A DNA stretch of 64,000 nt from a virus, in the IMG/VR virus record IMGVR_UViG_3300035698_006643, positions 1-64,000 of that record. One strand, written 5' to 3'. Shown piece by piece: positions 9,558-19,996 of this stretch; the first letter of the stretch is position 1; every line of letters begins with the position of its first letter. The notes beneath the pieces are model-generated. The model ran no database searches and was not told the origin of the DNA. It saw only the letters and a program-made list of their open reading frames with translations. A program made the translations under genes and the position numbers.

Positions 9558-10568
9558 CTATCTACCCCACACGTCGTCTGAAATTACTTCGCAGCCTACC
9601 AGGTACTTTTTGTCCCCGTTCAGGGACGCAGCGGCCTGATGAAGGGCTCTTGCTTCTACAGCGGCCCTGTAGGTATCAATGTTCCTCAATTCACTGTCTT
9701 CGAGCCGGTCAGCCATTTCCAGGGCTCGCTGTTCGGCTGTGTCTTTAAGGTCGGTGTCGAGTTTCCCTGGCAAAGCGATGCCTTCGTCCAGCACGTCTAC
9801 CACCACCCCAGCCATATCGTCATTGGGTCGCACACTGGCTTCAACGACAACCTGTTCTATTTCAGATTCAGGTGTCCACAGGTCTGAAGGATCAATCAAG
9901 AACAGACACTTAGGACAACCGTGAAGCTTAGTCTGCTTCCGGTAGCGTAGTTTCACCATAGGGGTGCCACAACGGGGACAGATGTACTGCTTTGAATCCT
10001 GCTCAGACTGATTCGGTCGGTACATCCGTCCTGGAGAATGCCAGTACAACCCAAACTTCGGGATTGTATCGTAGGCACAGTCCACAGCGGCTAAAACTTC
10101 TTTCTCTGAAAAACTAGATTCCCGATTCAAAGCCACGACGGCTTCTGAACGATTCTTACGGTGGAAACGATACTTTGAAGCCTGGGCCAGTAGGTAGTAC
10201 CCTCGCTGGGTTACATAAGTATTCGCCAGAGCCGCTGACACACCCTTTGAGGTTCCGTCCTGCCCCCTAGAGCGGCTTATACCCCAGGAAGGTGCTGACG
10301 TATCTTTGGCCGGAGCAATGGTTTCTACATTAAGGGCAGCCCGCACGACTTCATCCATAGAGCATTGCTCATTGCCCCACGGGAATTCAACATCAATCAC
10401 GCCCATCCCTCGAAAGACAGTTGTAACGATGCCAGCTATATTGATTGGGTCAACAGTAATCGGGTTGATTTTGTAAACCAGGTCGCCACGCTTGAAGTCA
10501 ACAGACCTGTCACGAATGTCATTTAGGATGCCGGCTCTTTTAGGGATGTTCAAAGCTAATCTCCCCAA
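9558..10568 (-). CDS. Hypothetical head-module protein with Zn ribbon
   Basis: CPRC..CPKC; the real start may be TTG 10553 (GGGGAG RBS). Confidence 0.65.
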   Translation of the reverse strand: MGRLALNIPKRAGILNDIRDRSVDFKRGDLVYKINPITVDPINIAGIVTTVFRGMGVIDVEFPWGNEQCSMDEVVRAALNVETIAPAKDTSAPSWGISRSRGQDGTSKGVSAALANTYVTQRGYYLLAQASKYRFHRKNRSEAVVALNRESSFSEKEVLAAVDCAYDTIPKFGLYWHSPGRMYRPNQSEQDSKQYICPRCGTPMVKLRYRKQTKLHGCPKCLFLIDPSDLWTPESEIEQVVVEASVRPNDDMAGVVVDVLDEGIALPGKLDTDLKDTAEQRALEMADRLEDSELRNIDTYRAAVEARALHQAAASLNGDKKYLVGCEVISDDVWGR

Positions 10569-10614
10569 GCTTTAGGGGATCACCTTGGATCACCCCCATA
10601 CACTTCTGAGGGAA

Positions 10615-10632
10615 CTATAAACAGAATAACGG
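10615..10632 (-). promoter_or_regulatory. Putative late promoter (CCGTTATTCTGTTTATAG)
   Basis: Matches the recurring intergenic motif; upstream of the protease-MCP gene run. Confidence 0.55.
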
Positions 10633-10695
10633 TGAGTGTGAGGAAAAGTTCCTCAGTTCATTGATTCAAACTGAAGTGGTGCGGCTGGAGTTGGC

Positions 10696-11073
10696 TTAGA
10701 CGAAAGGGTTGCCTTCTCGCCAATCACTTGCACTCCCGAACACATCAGACAGTTCTGTCGAAGTATCCGTATTGAATTCCTTCATATACGGTTCATCCGG
10801 CTGAATCAAGATGGGTTCCTGCGGGTTGTCCATGTCATCCAGGAATGTTTCACCAGGCTCGGACTCAAGGATTTCGGCCTTTCGAGTTTCCAATGACTGG
10901 GTTCCAAAGACCCCGGTCTCGATGACGTCGGATACTTTGTCCAACCCAGCGACAACCTGTGCCACTTGACCAGCGGTTAGGCCGAAGAACTTTGGGTTCT
11001 TTTCGACATTGCTTGCCAGCCGGTCCAGGTATCCGAGAATACTGTTGGCACCTTGTGTTGCAATCTTCTTCAT
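10696..11073 (-). CDS. Hypothetical head-module protein
   Basis: 125 aa, GGAGG RBS, ATGA overlap with the upstream gene. Confidence 0.7.
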   Translation of the reverse strand: MKKIATQGANSILGYLDRLASNVEKNPKFFGLTAGQVAQVVAGLDKVSDVIETGVFGTQSLETRKAEILESEPGETFLDDMDNPQEPILIQPDEPYMKEFNTDTSTELSDVFGSASDWREGNPFV

Positions 11074-12875
11074 GGTCGAACCTCCTTCAGGGATTCATCA
11101 ATAGCTGAAAAAACGTCAGACACTAACTTCCCATAAAGGAAGCCATGTTTCAATCCTTCCTTCGACTGTCCTTTCTTCAAGGTAATCGAAGACCCGTCGC
11201 ACAGTAGGTCACGTATAAACGAATCAACACGAAGGGCGATTCGAGTGGAATCCAAATTCAATTCAACTGGGCCGGGGTCGTTTACAGCCAAAAGATTCCG
11301 AACTTGCTGGAAACGGGCGTTTGTTGCATTTCGTTCAATGACCTCCTGAAGTACTGACCCCTGGACTTCATCTTCCTGGTCGTCTTCCTCTTCAGAACTA
11401 TCCGTGTTCGCAGCAGACAAGGCCGCAGCGATGCTGTTTAGCTTGTAGGCCGTGTCAGGGTGTGTGCGAACCATCTTGCCAGCCGTAGCTGTAATGAAGG
11501 CCACAACAGATTCCCCAGTCCATTCAATGTCCATCACACCTGCCAGAAGGCGGTCATAGGTTCTCGCTGGTATCGGTGCCATGTTCCGGTCACGTTCCCA
11601 GGTACCGATAGCTTGGTCGAGGGCGTACCTGTAGGCACTGTCTTCAACCCACCCGTCTCCAGGGGGCATCAGTTCTTTTGCAAGCTTCACCAAGGCTTCC
11701 TCAGACTCCCGAGTCAGGTTCCTTACGTCCATAGATGGATTCCCACCACGAAGTGATTCAGTCGTGGGGTCATCAGCCTGAATAGGACCAGGGGGGCCAT
11801 TCTGCCTAGAGGTTACATTGTTCAAAGTTTCACCCCGCTTCTTCTTCTTCGGTTTCTTTTTTCGCTTCGGTTTCTTCTTCTTTTTCTTCGGTTTTGGTTT
11901 TGGCTTCTGGTCCTTCCGCAAGTTTTCTACTTCACGGGTTTTCTTGTCCAGCTTGTTCCGCAATTCATCCGAAGTATCGTCTGAGGGCTCACCAGGTACC
12001 ATCCGTTCAGGCGTCTTCCCTTCCCGGTCGTCCTTGGCCCGCTCCTGTTGCACATCTTCGTCAGGGATATCAGCGTCAGGATGTAGGCTCTTCATCACCC
12101 TACGAAGCAATTCTTTATTAGAGGGGTCACCCAGTTCGGCACTGTAATGGTCAGCTAGGTCCTGGTAGACTTCATCGTGAAGGCTAAGTAGCTGGGGAAC
12201 AGCTTTGATTTGGTCATCGTACCAGTTCTTGATTTCGTCATTTGATTCAAGCAACATTTCCCAGACAGCATCCGGGTCGTTATCTATCTGGTCTGCCTTG
12301 TTCTTGATTTCCCCAGTCTTCGCCCCAATCAGTTGGGAGTAGTAGTGTTTCTTCTCTGCTTCTGATGATGCTGACTTCGCTTTCTCTAAGACACCATCAT
12401 AGTCATAGTTACTGCCTTCAGAAGTGGCCTTGAAGGCTTGTTCAGCCATATTGCCCATATGTGTTTCCATCTGGGCGCCATCAAACTGGGAAAGGTCTGC
12501 CGGAGGGTCTTGTGGCCCAGTAGATGATTTACTGGAGCCCCCCAGGTCTTCTTTCTTGGTGTACCCTTCCTCAGTCCAGGTTTCTGCCGACTCCTTTGAA
12601 TCGAAGTACTGGGTCTCCCCATCACTTCGTGTCGCTTTCCATCTACCGTTGTCTGTTTGTTTTATCCCTGCCGCCGAGAAGTACCTTGTAGCGACTCTAG
12701 CCGCAATAGAAGCGGTGGTGTCAGGATCCTTCGTGTCAGTGTCTGGGTCTTTCTCTTTGACACGTTCCCGACGCAAATCCATTCTAGGAGGTTTCTTCTT
12801 AGGTGACGGGCGAACCAGGCGTTCAGCCTGGTCATCTTCACGTTCTGCTGGTGTTTTAGTACCTACACGGTTCAT
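11070..12875 (-). CDS. Large charged protein, probable internal head protein
   Basis: 601 aa; Lys-rich tract, acidic tracts and SIAARVATRY motif. Confidence 0.7.
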   Translation of the reverse strand: MNRVGTKTPAEREDDQAERLVRPSPKKKPPRMDLRRERVKEKDPDTDTKDPDTTASIAARVATRYFSAAGIKQTDNGRWKATRSDGETQYFDSKESAETWTEEGYTKKEDLGGSSKSSTGPQDPPADLSQFDGAQMETHMGNMAEQAFKATSEGSNYDYDGVLEKAKSASSEAEKKHYYSQLIGAKTGEIKNKADQIDNDPDAVWEMLLESNDEIKNWYDDQIKAVPQLLSLHDEVYQDLADHYSAELGDPSNKELLRRVMKSLHPDADIPDEDVQQERAKDDREGKTPERMVPGEPSDDTSDELRNKLDKKTREVENLRKDQKPKPKPKKKKKKPKRKKKPKKKKRGETLNNVTSRQNGPPGPIQADDPTTESLRGGNPSMDVRNLTRESEEALVKLAKELMPPGDGWVEDSAYRYALDQAIGTWERDRNMAPIPARTYDRLLAGVMDIEWTGESVVAFITATAGKMVRTHPDTAYKLNSIAAALSAANTDSSEEEDDQEDEVQGSVLQEVIERNATNARFQQVRNLLAVNDPGPVELNLDSTRIALRVDSFIRDLLCDGSSITLKKGQSKEGLKHGFLYGKLVSDVFSAIDESLKEVRP

Positions 12876-12898
12876 AGCTAACCTCTGTGAACCCTGTT

Positions 12899-12916
12899 CT
12901 ATAAACGAAAAACAAC
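12899..12916 (-). promoter_or_regulatory. Putative late promoter (GTTGTTTTTCGTTTATAG)
   Basis: Recurring motif 24 nt upstream of ATG. Confidence 0.6.
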
Positions 12917-12926
12917 AGGACAGACT

Positions 12927-14723
12927 TTACCCGCCAAAGCGGTCAGCTTCCTCTTTCTTCTTGACCTGGAGGTCTAGGTAGGTAGCGATACGTTCCCCGA
13001 CATCCGTGTTCTCAGCCATCCACCGCCCGACTTCGGAGTTCACAGACCGTAGAATCTCGTTGAAGGACGAATCATTGAGGGTGAAAACATCCTTCTCCAA
13101 TTCTTCCAGAGCAGCGTCAGCATCAACATTCAAGAGTTCAAGCATGAACCGGACTGGCATAGACCCTTTCTGGTAGAGGTTGTAGAAAGCGTCATAGGTT
13201 TCGGCATTGTCCCGAATGGCCAATCTGGTGAAGGACAACGATGGGTAGATAGCAATATCATCCCCATCTATGTCCCGGATGATGAACCCCTTCTTCCGAG
13301 CGACATGTTCAAATAGCATTTTCTCGACGTAGTGCTGGATTCGGTCTCGGAACAACATGTACCTGGTGTTAATGATTTCAACGCTGATACGGTCACCGCT
13401 GTAAACACCTTCACCAGTTAGCATCGTTTCAGTCACACCGTACCCAGCATAAATCTCACGGTTACCGGTTTCATGTTCTCTATCCAGGTCAAGAAGTCGG
13501 TCCCGGGCTCCAATATCTTCCCAATGAACTTCATAGTTGGTCACGATGGAAAAATCAGGGTCCATCAAAGCCAGGTCTACTTGTTCACGAAGGTTCTCTA
13601 CATCGGCTTCATCCAGGTCTTCAGCCCAGACCAGTCGCTTAGGTGTCATCGCTCGACTGGCAATCGAAGTCTGAGCTTGTCGGAGCTTGTCCTGGTACGT
13701 CAGGGTTCGTTCCAATCTTTCCATTCGGGGGATGACCCCAGCACGGTAGGTGTGCTTCCTTCTATAGACCTGGTGGACAAAGGATCCCTTCTCGGGGTTT
13801 GTCCCCAGGGGGATGTTTCTACCTTCTGATACATGCAGGAGCACTTCGTCTGGGATGTCCTTCACCTGTTCTTCAGCGTCAGGGTCCCTAGCCATCGCCC
13901 GATTTATCAGTTCCTTCGTCATTTCGTCGGGAATTAGATAGACCTTCTTACGCTTCGAGAACTGGAAGACTTCTTCCTGAACGCTTTCAGGGGGGAGGAT
14001 AATGATTTGGTCCCAACCACGGTACTTCTTCGTGAAGTGACCTTGCCAGGCTTTCTTCCCGGCTGCCGTCAGCTTCTTGCTGGTTCTAGTGGTGCCATCC
14101 GGCATCAACGACCCAACGTCTTCGGATTCAAAGTTCTCAATGCCAAGACCTGGGGTATCGCTGTCTTCAGCAAAGACCCAGGCTTCATCGTGAAGGTTGT
14201 ACTCAAACGAAATGTCCACCAGAACCTGGAAGAGGTTCAAGCGTTCTGTGAGCTTCCTAAAGAATCGGTACGACCGCTTGCAGAGGCGGTTATAATGGGC
14301 AACCGTTTCCTTACTGAGCTTCCCATCCTCGGCACGCTGTTCAGCCGCTTCAGGGGTATCCTCTTGCCCGTCAGCTAGTGACGGGTACATGTCAATCGCC
14401 CCACTAGGAATCTTTGGTTTAGCCAGGCGTAGCTTGGACAACGGAAGTTCAGTGTGGAGGTCTACAGCCTGCCCAATATAGGGGTGTGTTCTGTACCAGA
14501 ACTTCTGTCGTTCCAGCCGCTCGAAGCGAGACTGCGGAAGCTCCATGAAGTCTGTGGACATATACGGGGAATAGAAGTTCGTGCCGAACCCCATCTGGGT
14601 TCCCATTCCACCCAAACCGTAGGCACCGGCACCCATCGAAGCTAGGGCCACCCGTTTCGACTTATCAAGGTTAGCGTTGCCCTTGGTAGCTACTGCTTTT
14701 CCAGTCTTTTTCTTTGTAGCCAC
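12927..14723 (-). CDS. Portal protein
   Basis: 598 aa; FYSP..ELP..FWYRTHPYIGQAVDLHTELPLS and IYAGYGVTETMLTGEG portal-type motifs; downstream of terminase. Confidence 0.8.
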   Translation of the reverse strand: MATKKKTGKAVATKGNANLDKSKRVALASMGAGAYGLGGMGTQMGFGTNFYSPYMSTDFMELPQSRFERLERQKFWYRTHPYIGQAVDLHTELPLSKLRLAKPKIPSGAIDMYPSLADGQEDTPEAAEQRAEDGKLSKETVAHYNRLCKRSYRFFRKLTERLNLFQVLVDISFEYNLHDEAWVFAEDSDTPGLGIENFESEDVGSLMPDGTTRTSKKLTAAGKKAWQGHFTKKYRGWDQIIILPPESVQEEVFQFSKRKKVYLIPDEMTKELINRAMARDPDAEEQVKDIPDEVLLHVSEGRNIPLGTNPEKGSFVHQVYRRKHTYRAGVIPRMERLERTLTYQDKLRQAQTSIASRAMTPKRLVWAEDLDEADVENLREQVDLALMDPDFSIVTNYEVHWEDIGARDRLLDLDREHETGNREIYAGYGVTETMLTGEGVYSGDRISVEIINTRYMLFRDRIQHYVEKMLFEHVARKKGFIIRDIDGDDIAIYPSLSFTRLAIRDNAETYDAFYNLYQKGSMPVRFMLELLNVDADAALEELEKDVFTLNDSSFNEILRSVNSEVGRWMAENTDVGERIATYLDLQVKKKEEADRFGG

Positions 14724-15169
14724 TAGTCACCCTCAAATTCTGGGGATTCTTCAGCCATCTTCGTTAGTTCGGTTAGAACTTCTTCTTCAACATCCTCTTC
14801 AACAACAACTGCTTTGGAAGCTTCGGTTCCAGCTTCAGCTTCAGCTAGTTCACGTTGTCGTCTTCGGTTTTCAAGGATCATCTGAGCAGCTTCACGAATC
14901 TGTTTTTCCCGCTTCTCATCTTCTTTTCGACGGTCTTCATCACGGCGGTAAGCGAGGTCAATGCTGACAAGATGGTCTAAGCCCCGCAAAGACGCACCAA
15001 TGACCCGACGGGAAGCACGGGCATTGGATTGCGTCAAGCGGTTCTTTTGTTGGGTAGAGACTCGTTCTAGTTGTTCAGCGATGCCAAGTAACTTCTTGAA
15101 GCCCACCCGAATATCGGTTACACCCTTCTTGAAATCACTGACAAGCTGTTCGGCTGTTCTATTGTCCAT
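14723..15169 (-). CDS. Hypothetical coiled-coil protein
   Basis: GGAGG RBS before ATG 15169; helical and charged. Confidence 0.6.
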   Translation of the reverse strand: MDNRTAEQLVSDFKKGVTDIRVGFKKLLGIAEQLERVSTQQKNRLTQSNARASRRVIGASLRGLDHLVSIDLAYRRDEDRRKEDEKREKQIREAAQMILENRRRQRELAEAEAGTEASKAVVVEEDVEEEVLTELTKMAEESPEFEGD

Positions 15170-15215
15170 TGGTAAACTACCTCCGGCACATACTACACAG
15201 CCAACCACCAGAGGT

Positions 15216-16184
15216 CTACGATGCAGCGTGCTCGATGTCTTTGACCACACGGCTCAAACCGTTGATGCTGTCACGGAAGAAAGGTTCGGTGACAGTCTCG
15301 ACCATCTTCCGAATCCAATCGGCGGCGGCGGAACTCATTGTTCGCAGGCCACGAAGAACCTTCTGGAGGAAGTCCCAACTTCCGTACTTGTTCTGGTAGG
15401 CTTCAATCGCCATCGACGCCTGAAGGTGTCTGTTTGCGGAGAAAGGAACCTGTACAACTCCAGAACTTTCGTCACTGAAGGACAGTTTGACCTGAGCGAG
15501 CTTGACCTCGAAGGGGGCCTTCTTGCGCTTGTCTTCTTCGTCGTATTCGTCCCACGCCTGCACTTTCTGGTAACCCTTGACCAACGTCTTCATCGTCGCT
15601 TCGGATTCATCCAGAATCTTTTTCATGGCCGGTTCGGCTTCGACCATTGCAGCAACCACACGCTTGTAGTAGCTGATGTCCATCTTTTCGACGGCGGCAA
15701 CATCACGGACGCTCACGACCACGTCTTCCAGATGAAGAACTTGTTCACCGAGCTTCTTCATCCAGGTTTGGAATCGACCAGACATCCCGAGCTTCTTTCC
15801 AGCATCAGCAAATGGCTTGAGTTGTTTTTTCAAGTCATCAAGCTGCCGCTGGGCGTCGATAGACGCTTTCATGGTGTCGTTAACGAGCTTCGTGTACTCG
15901 CTGTCAGTCATCCCTTTCCCTGGTTCGTCATTCTTCTTTGCCGCAGTCGTCGGGTTGTCCACGACGCTGAGCCCTACCAATGTCTTCATAGATGCCTCCC
16001 GCTTTGTCAAATGTGACCGTACCACTTGCTTTAGACAGTACAGTGCTTCGTCATTTCCTTGAACGATATCTTCCCAAGTCCACTGACTTCCAAAGGTATC
16101 CAGTATGGCTTCGATGTCCCCCGGTTTCAATTCAGGGAGCCCCGCCTTCTTTGCTATGTTCTCAATGAACCGTTTCGCAAACAT
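15216..16184 (-). CDS. Hypothetical helical protein, possible internal head protein
   Basis: 322-aa ORF preceded by the late-promoter motif. Confidence 0.65.
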   Translation of the reverse strand: MFAKRFIENIAKKAGLPELKPGDIEAILDTFGSQWTWEDIVQGNDEALYCLKQVVRSHLTKREASMKTLVGLSVVDNPTTAAKKNDEPGKGMTDSEYTKLVNDTMKASIDAQRQLDDLKKQLKPFADAGKKLGMSGRFQTWMKKLGEQVLHLEDVVVSVRDVAAVEKMDISYYKRVVAAMVEAEPAMKKILDESEATMKTLVKGYQKVQAWDEYDEEDKRKKAPFEVKLAQVKLSFSDESSGVVQVPFSANRHLQASMAIEAYQNKYGSWDFLQKVLRGLRTMSSAAADWIRKMVETVTEPFFRDSINGLSRVVKDIEHAAS

Positions 16185-16212
16185 CGTCTACCTTTCAATC
16201 ACAGATACGATG

Positions 16213-16230
16213 CCATAAACAAACTACTAC
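16213..16230 (-). promoter_or_regulatory. Putative late promoter (GTAGTAGTTTGTTTATGG)
   Basis: Recurring motif 29 nt upstream of ATG. Confidence 0.5.
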
Positions 16231-19200
16231 CTACGCCGCATCCTGCTTGCAATCCCAAGGGCAGACCCCCGTTGTGGGGCCATCCCTGTTTGACGGGCCT
16301 TCCGTATCTTCTGAGTGAGGGAATCCACCTTAGTCCTCGGGTGGCCAAAGACCGAAGACTTGGTAGCGTCTGATGCAAACTTCGTGTCCCTCAGTCGTTC
16401 TGTTGACAACCAGATTGACCTCACTAATGAATCTGCCCGGTCGTCGTGCATCCCAACAATTTTCGGGGCGTGAACAACAACGATGTTCCGGCTGGTCTGT
16501 TCTGCTTCCAGGGTACAAATCTCTTCGACCAAATAAGAATCTGAACTCCCTTTCTTGCCCTCAAACTCAGCCAGTTCGATTCTACTATCAAACAGCATCA
16601 TCTTTGTATTCTGGAACATCGACGATGCTAGAGCCGTCAGTATTCGCTGAGCCTCAAACTGGTTCAATCCCCTACGACGCAACGACTGTTCCAGCGGAAT
16701 CCCGTTCCACTGGTCGAGAACCCCTTTTCGGATAATGAAGCGCTTACTAAGTTGGTAGATCCATTCAGCGATATCTTCTAGTTCAAGGCGGTCCTTATCC
16801 AACGCCCAGTCATGTTTGAATAGGTCTCGTACCCCTGGAGGAAGGGGCTGACCAGCGTACACACATTCGTGGTAGTCAACTACAATGCTAGTTCCGTTAC
16901 CTGAAGGCCGTGACAGAGTGATAGCTGACCCATCAGTTACCAGCCCTAGATCCACCCCACAGTCGTAGGAAACCTTTGGCCCCTTAGACCGCTTCAAAGG
17001 CTTCCTACCTTCTACCACGCACTTCTGAACTTCTTCCTTACGTTCAATCCACCCACGGATTCGGTCAGCAAAGTTCGCCCCGAACTCGACCATGAATACT
17101 TCAGGGTCTTCGTGGTACTTCGTCCGAAGGTACTGGGATGGAATCGTAGGATTCATTTCAGCCGAAGGAGCTTGAATGACTAGGATATCCCCGGCACCTT
17201 CCCCACCCTGAAACCCAAGGTAGTACAGTTCAAAGAACTTACCGTCCCGCATCCCAGGAGAAGAAATAGCCAGAACACGACCATCAGTTGTTTCCTTCAG
17301 CTTCTTCGTGGAATCTTCGGGGTCCTTCGGTGTGAAGGATGCTGCTGATGGTGTTACAGCTTCCCAGACTGACTTACTCGACGCCCGCTTGCTGGAATCC
17401 TGGAAGTGTGCAAATTCATCAAGAATGATGACGATGTTACCAGGACCACGAAGCCCCTTAGCCACACAGCTACGGAAACCAACCTTAATGGAAGCTGGCC
17501 CCTTAGTGTCGTCATACCGTCCATAGTCGTCAATGTCCTTGGCCGTCTGAAGGGTTACGACTGACTGTGTGTGCCTAGCTAGATAGTCGGTAAAGTACCC
17601 AACCGACTTGAAATGTGTTTGCACAGACGAAAAGAGGATCCCAGCCTGTTCCTTATCAGTAGCCACCGTGATGACCTGAAAGGGGTTACCCCGAGCCAAA
17701 CCGTAGTACAGGTACGGGTCTGCGATGTGGAGGATGCGGTAGGTCTCATACGACGCCACCGTAGAGGAGAGGAACGTATTGTGGTTGACGACCCCCCCAG
17801 CCACGAATGATGGTTCAGCATCATCTGGCATTGACAAGTCGGCAACTTCAGCTAGTTCAATCTGCCTGTCTGTAACTTCTACCCAGAAGTAATCCTGGTC
17901 AGCCAATTCCCGAAGATGGTCTGTCTCTGGGAACCCCTGAAGCTCTGGTTGGGCTAAGATTCGTTCCAATCTGGAATATGTGAGGTCATTCCGGCTCTGG
18001 TCTTTAACAACTGGGCCAAAAACCCTTCTCACCTTAGATTTCACTTTGTCAGTTGAAATCATCTGACCAGTCTTCTGGTCCTGCTTCCTTGTATCTGGGA
18101 TTCGATTCAAAAGACGACGGCACCAGTCTCGTTGAAAGGGAATGCTCTCGGCGGTTCCACCTTCCTTCGACTTACGGCACGACACTTCCAACTGGCTCTG
18201 CTTTTTCTGAGACCGGAAACCGATCAAATCAAGGAACAACTGCTTACTACGAAGCCCCTGAAGTGTCAGCGTGTAGTAGTTTCGTTCGTACTTTTTATTC
18301 CACTTGGGGCGAATCCCAGACACAATCCCGAGATTCAAGAGTAGAGCCTGGACCTGACGGACTAGAAGTCTTGATGAACTGGTCAGAGTCACTTTCTTCT
18401 GGCCTTCGACACACCCATCAGCTTCAAACAATGACCGTATGAACCAGCAGACAACCTTCTGAGGAGACTGCATCACTACCCAAGGAACCTGCTTCGTTTC
18501 ATTGGTCGCTACCAGACTAAACCCGCACCAATCTAAGAAGTGGCGAACGGGCTTCGACGCTAGGTAAACACAACCGGTGTTTTCACGACGCTTATCTTTC
18601 CTGACACTGTACCGCCTGAATAGCCGGGTGAAAAGTTCTCGGAGGTCTTCCCAGGTTTCGTGGTGGTCTACAGCAACTTCGACACGGTTGTCGTAGTTCC
18701 ATAGCCCGTCACCTACTAGATACCCCAAAAGAGTTGTCCAATCTTCATCCAGCACTGAGGGAACATCAAACAACTTTGCCGACGCCCCCCACTTAGGGGG
18801 ACTGTAAGCTAGGAGGTCAACTTCATCCCCCCAGACCCCAGCACCACGATGGATAGCGACGTAGTCCCCTGGTTCAAGGTCTACTACCTTTTTCCACCCA
18901 GGAACCCCGTCAGATTGCATTGCTACAACCTGGTGCCTATCAGCACTACCTGTCACTTCTAATCCGAGCTTTGTCTGAAGAACGACAGTCTCTTTCAAGC
19001 CGCCGTCATAGTAATAGGCTGGTTCGACTAATCCACTAGGTTGAACCACCTGGAACGGGTCAGTAATGTACTGAACTTCAGCCCCTGTTCCCTGGTCTAA
19101 ATCAGCGACTGCAACCAGACCCTTTGACGTGGGAATCAAGGTATCTGTTCGGACACACTTCCCGCCTCGCCGGCCGCACGGAAGAATCAAGGTACGGCGG

Positions 19201-19502
19201 TCGTGGTCTTGTTCCTTGATATTGCATCGGCCTTCTTCAAACAGGTAAGTCAGGTATTCTTTTTCAGTCAGTCGGTAGATGATGTTTTCATTGAAGATGT
19301 CTGGAACGCACACGTTCTTGTCAGTATCATTCAAAGGTAGGTTATAGAACATCTTCAGGATAAACCGCTGTACTGGGTACAACCGTAACCCCAACCCCCA
19401 GGGCTGTTCTACATACTCAATGATGTTCGGGATATCGAGGTCGCCTGCCCTCACAGTCATCCTGGCATTTCGCCTGACAATGTCTGAAAGGTCTTGTGAC
19501 AT
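16227..19502 (-). CDS. terL: Terminase large subunit containing an intein
   Basis: Walker A GRRGGK|T, Walker B IILDE, coupling motif ISSP, nuclease VDLG..D and HDD; start placed at ATG 19502 (TAATG overlap). Confidence 0.92.
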   Translation of the reverse strand: MSQDLSDIVRRNARMTVRAGDLDIPNIIEYVEQPWGLGLRLYPVQRFILKMFYNLPLNDTDKNVCVPDIFNENIIYRLTEKEYLTYLFEEGRCNIKEQDHDRRTLILPCGRRGGKCVRTDTLIPTSKGLVAVADLDQGTGAEVQYITDPFQVVQPSGLVEPAYYYDGGLKETVVLQTKLGLEVTGSADRHQVVAMQSDGVPGWKKVVDLEPGDYVAIHRGAGVWGDEVDLLAYSPPKWGASAKLFDVPSVLDEDWTTLLGYLVGDGLWNYDNRVEVAVDHHETWEDLRELFTRLFRRYSVRKDKRRENTGCVYLASKPVRHFLDWCGFSLVATNETKQVPWVVMQSPQKVVCWFIRSLFEADGCVEGQKKVTLTSSSRLLVRQVQALLLNLGIVSGIRPKWNKKYERNYYTLTLQGLRSKQLFLDLIGFRSQKKQSQLEVSCRKSKEGGTAESIPFQRDWCRRLLNRIPDTRKQDQKTGQMISTDKVKSKVRRVFGPVVKDQSRNDLTYSRLERILAQPELQGFPETDHLRELADQDYFWVEVTDRQIELAEVADLSMPDDAEPSFVAGGVVNHNTFLSSTVASYETYRILHIADPYLYYGLARGNPFQVITVATDKEQAGILFSSVQTHFKSVGYFTDYLARHTQSVVTLQTAKDIDDYGRYDDTKGPASIKVGFRSCVAKGLRGPGNIVIILDEFAHFQDSSKRASSKSVWEAVTPSAASFTPKDPEDSTKKLKETTDGRVLAISSPGMRDGKFFELYYLGFQGGEGAGDILVIQAPSAEMNPTIPSQYLRTKYHEDPEVFMVEFGANFADRIRGWIERKEEVQKCVVEGRKPLKRSKGPKVSYDCGVDLGLVTDGSAITLSRPSGNGTSIVVDYHECVYAGQPLPPGVRDLFKHDWALDKDRLELEDIAEWIYQLSKRFIIRKGVLDQWNGIPLEQSLRRRGLNQFEAQRILTALASSMFQNTKMMLFDSRIELAEFEGKKGSSDSYLVEEICTLEAEQTSRNIVVVHAPKIVGMHDDRADSLVRSIWLSTERLRDTKFASDATKSSVFGHPRTKVDSLTQKIRKARQTGMAPQRGSALGIASRMRRR
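17778..19157 (-). mobile_element. Intein with LAGLIDADG homing endonuclease (460 aa) in the TerL Walker A motif
   Basis: CVRTDTLIPT..FVAGGVVNHN followed by Thr; LLGYLVGDG and IRSLFEADG motifs. Confidence 0.95.
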
Positions 19503-19987
19503 TAGCTCAGTGCCTTCATCTTGTATTCGGCGTCCGCTTCCCAACCTTCCATAGCTTCAGCGAACCTAGTCATCACATCGCCAATCTGGGGGCTGGATAT
19601 ACTGGACGACACCATTGCCTCTTTGAACTTTTCAAGGAGCATTTCAAAGAGTAGCTGAAAGGCTCGGCCCTTTACGTCAATGACCTTCGACGCCATTTCG
19701 GAACGCCGCCGAAGCCACATTGACCCCAAAGTCTCCAGGGCCTTGATTCGTTTTGAGATGATGTCGATGCTCATTTCCCCATTCAGTTCAAGCTGTTCTT
19801 CCTCGTAACGAAGCTTTGCTTGTTCCATAGAGATTTCACGCATCAACCAGTCCATGAAGTCGTCCGATACTGGACTGTTCATGGCTTCCCGGATGACAGG
19901 GTCCTTCAGAATCTTCCGTTTCTTTTGGTCAAGACGCTTTCTGGGGTCATCCGACCCTGGGAGCGGGATCACTTTACTATTCGACAT
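19502..19987 (-). CDS. Probable terminase small subunit
   Basis: 161-aa helical ORF translationally coupled to terL; positional inference only. Confidence 0.45.
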   Translation of the reverse strand: MSNSKVIPLPGSDDPRKRLDQKKRKILKDPVIREAMNSPVSDDFMDWLMREISMEQAKLRYEEEQLELNGEMSIDIISKRIKALETLGSMWLRRRSEMASKVIDVKGRAFQLLFEMLLEKFKEAMVSSSISSPQIGDVMTRFAEAMEGWEADAEYKMKALS

Positions 19988-19996
19988 ACCGACCTC

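Noticed and set aside
9555-9560. TAG-ATG in-frame junctions (also 23246-23251 and 23840-23845) as readthrough fusions
   Set aside because: The downstream genes start at or just after the stop with plausible RBSs, which is ordinary tight packing.
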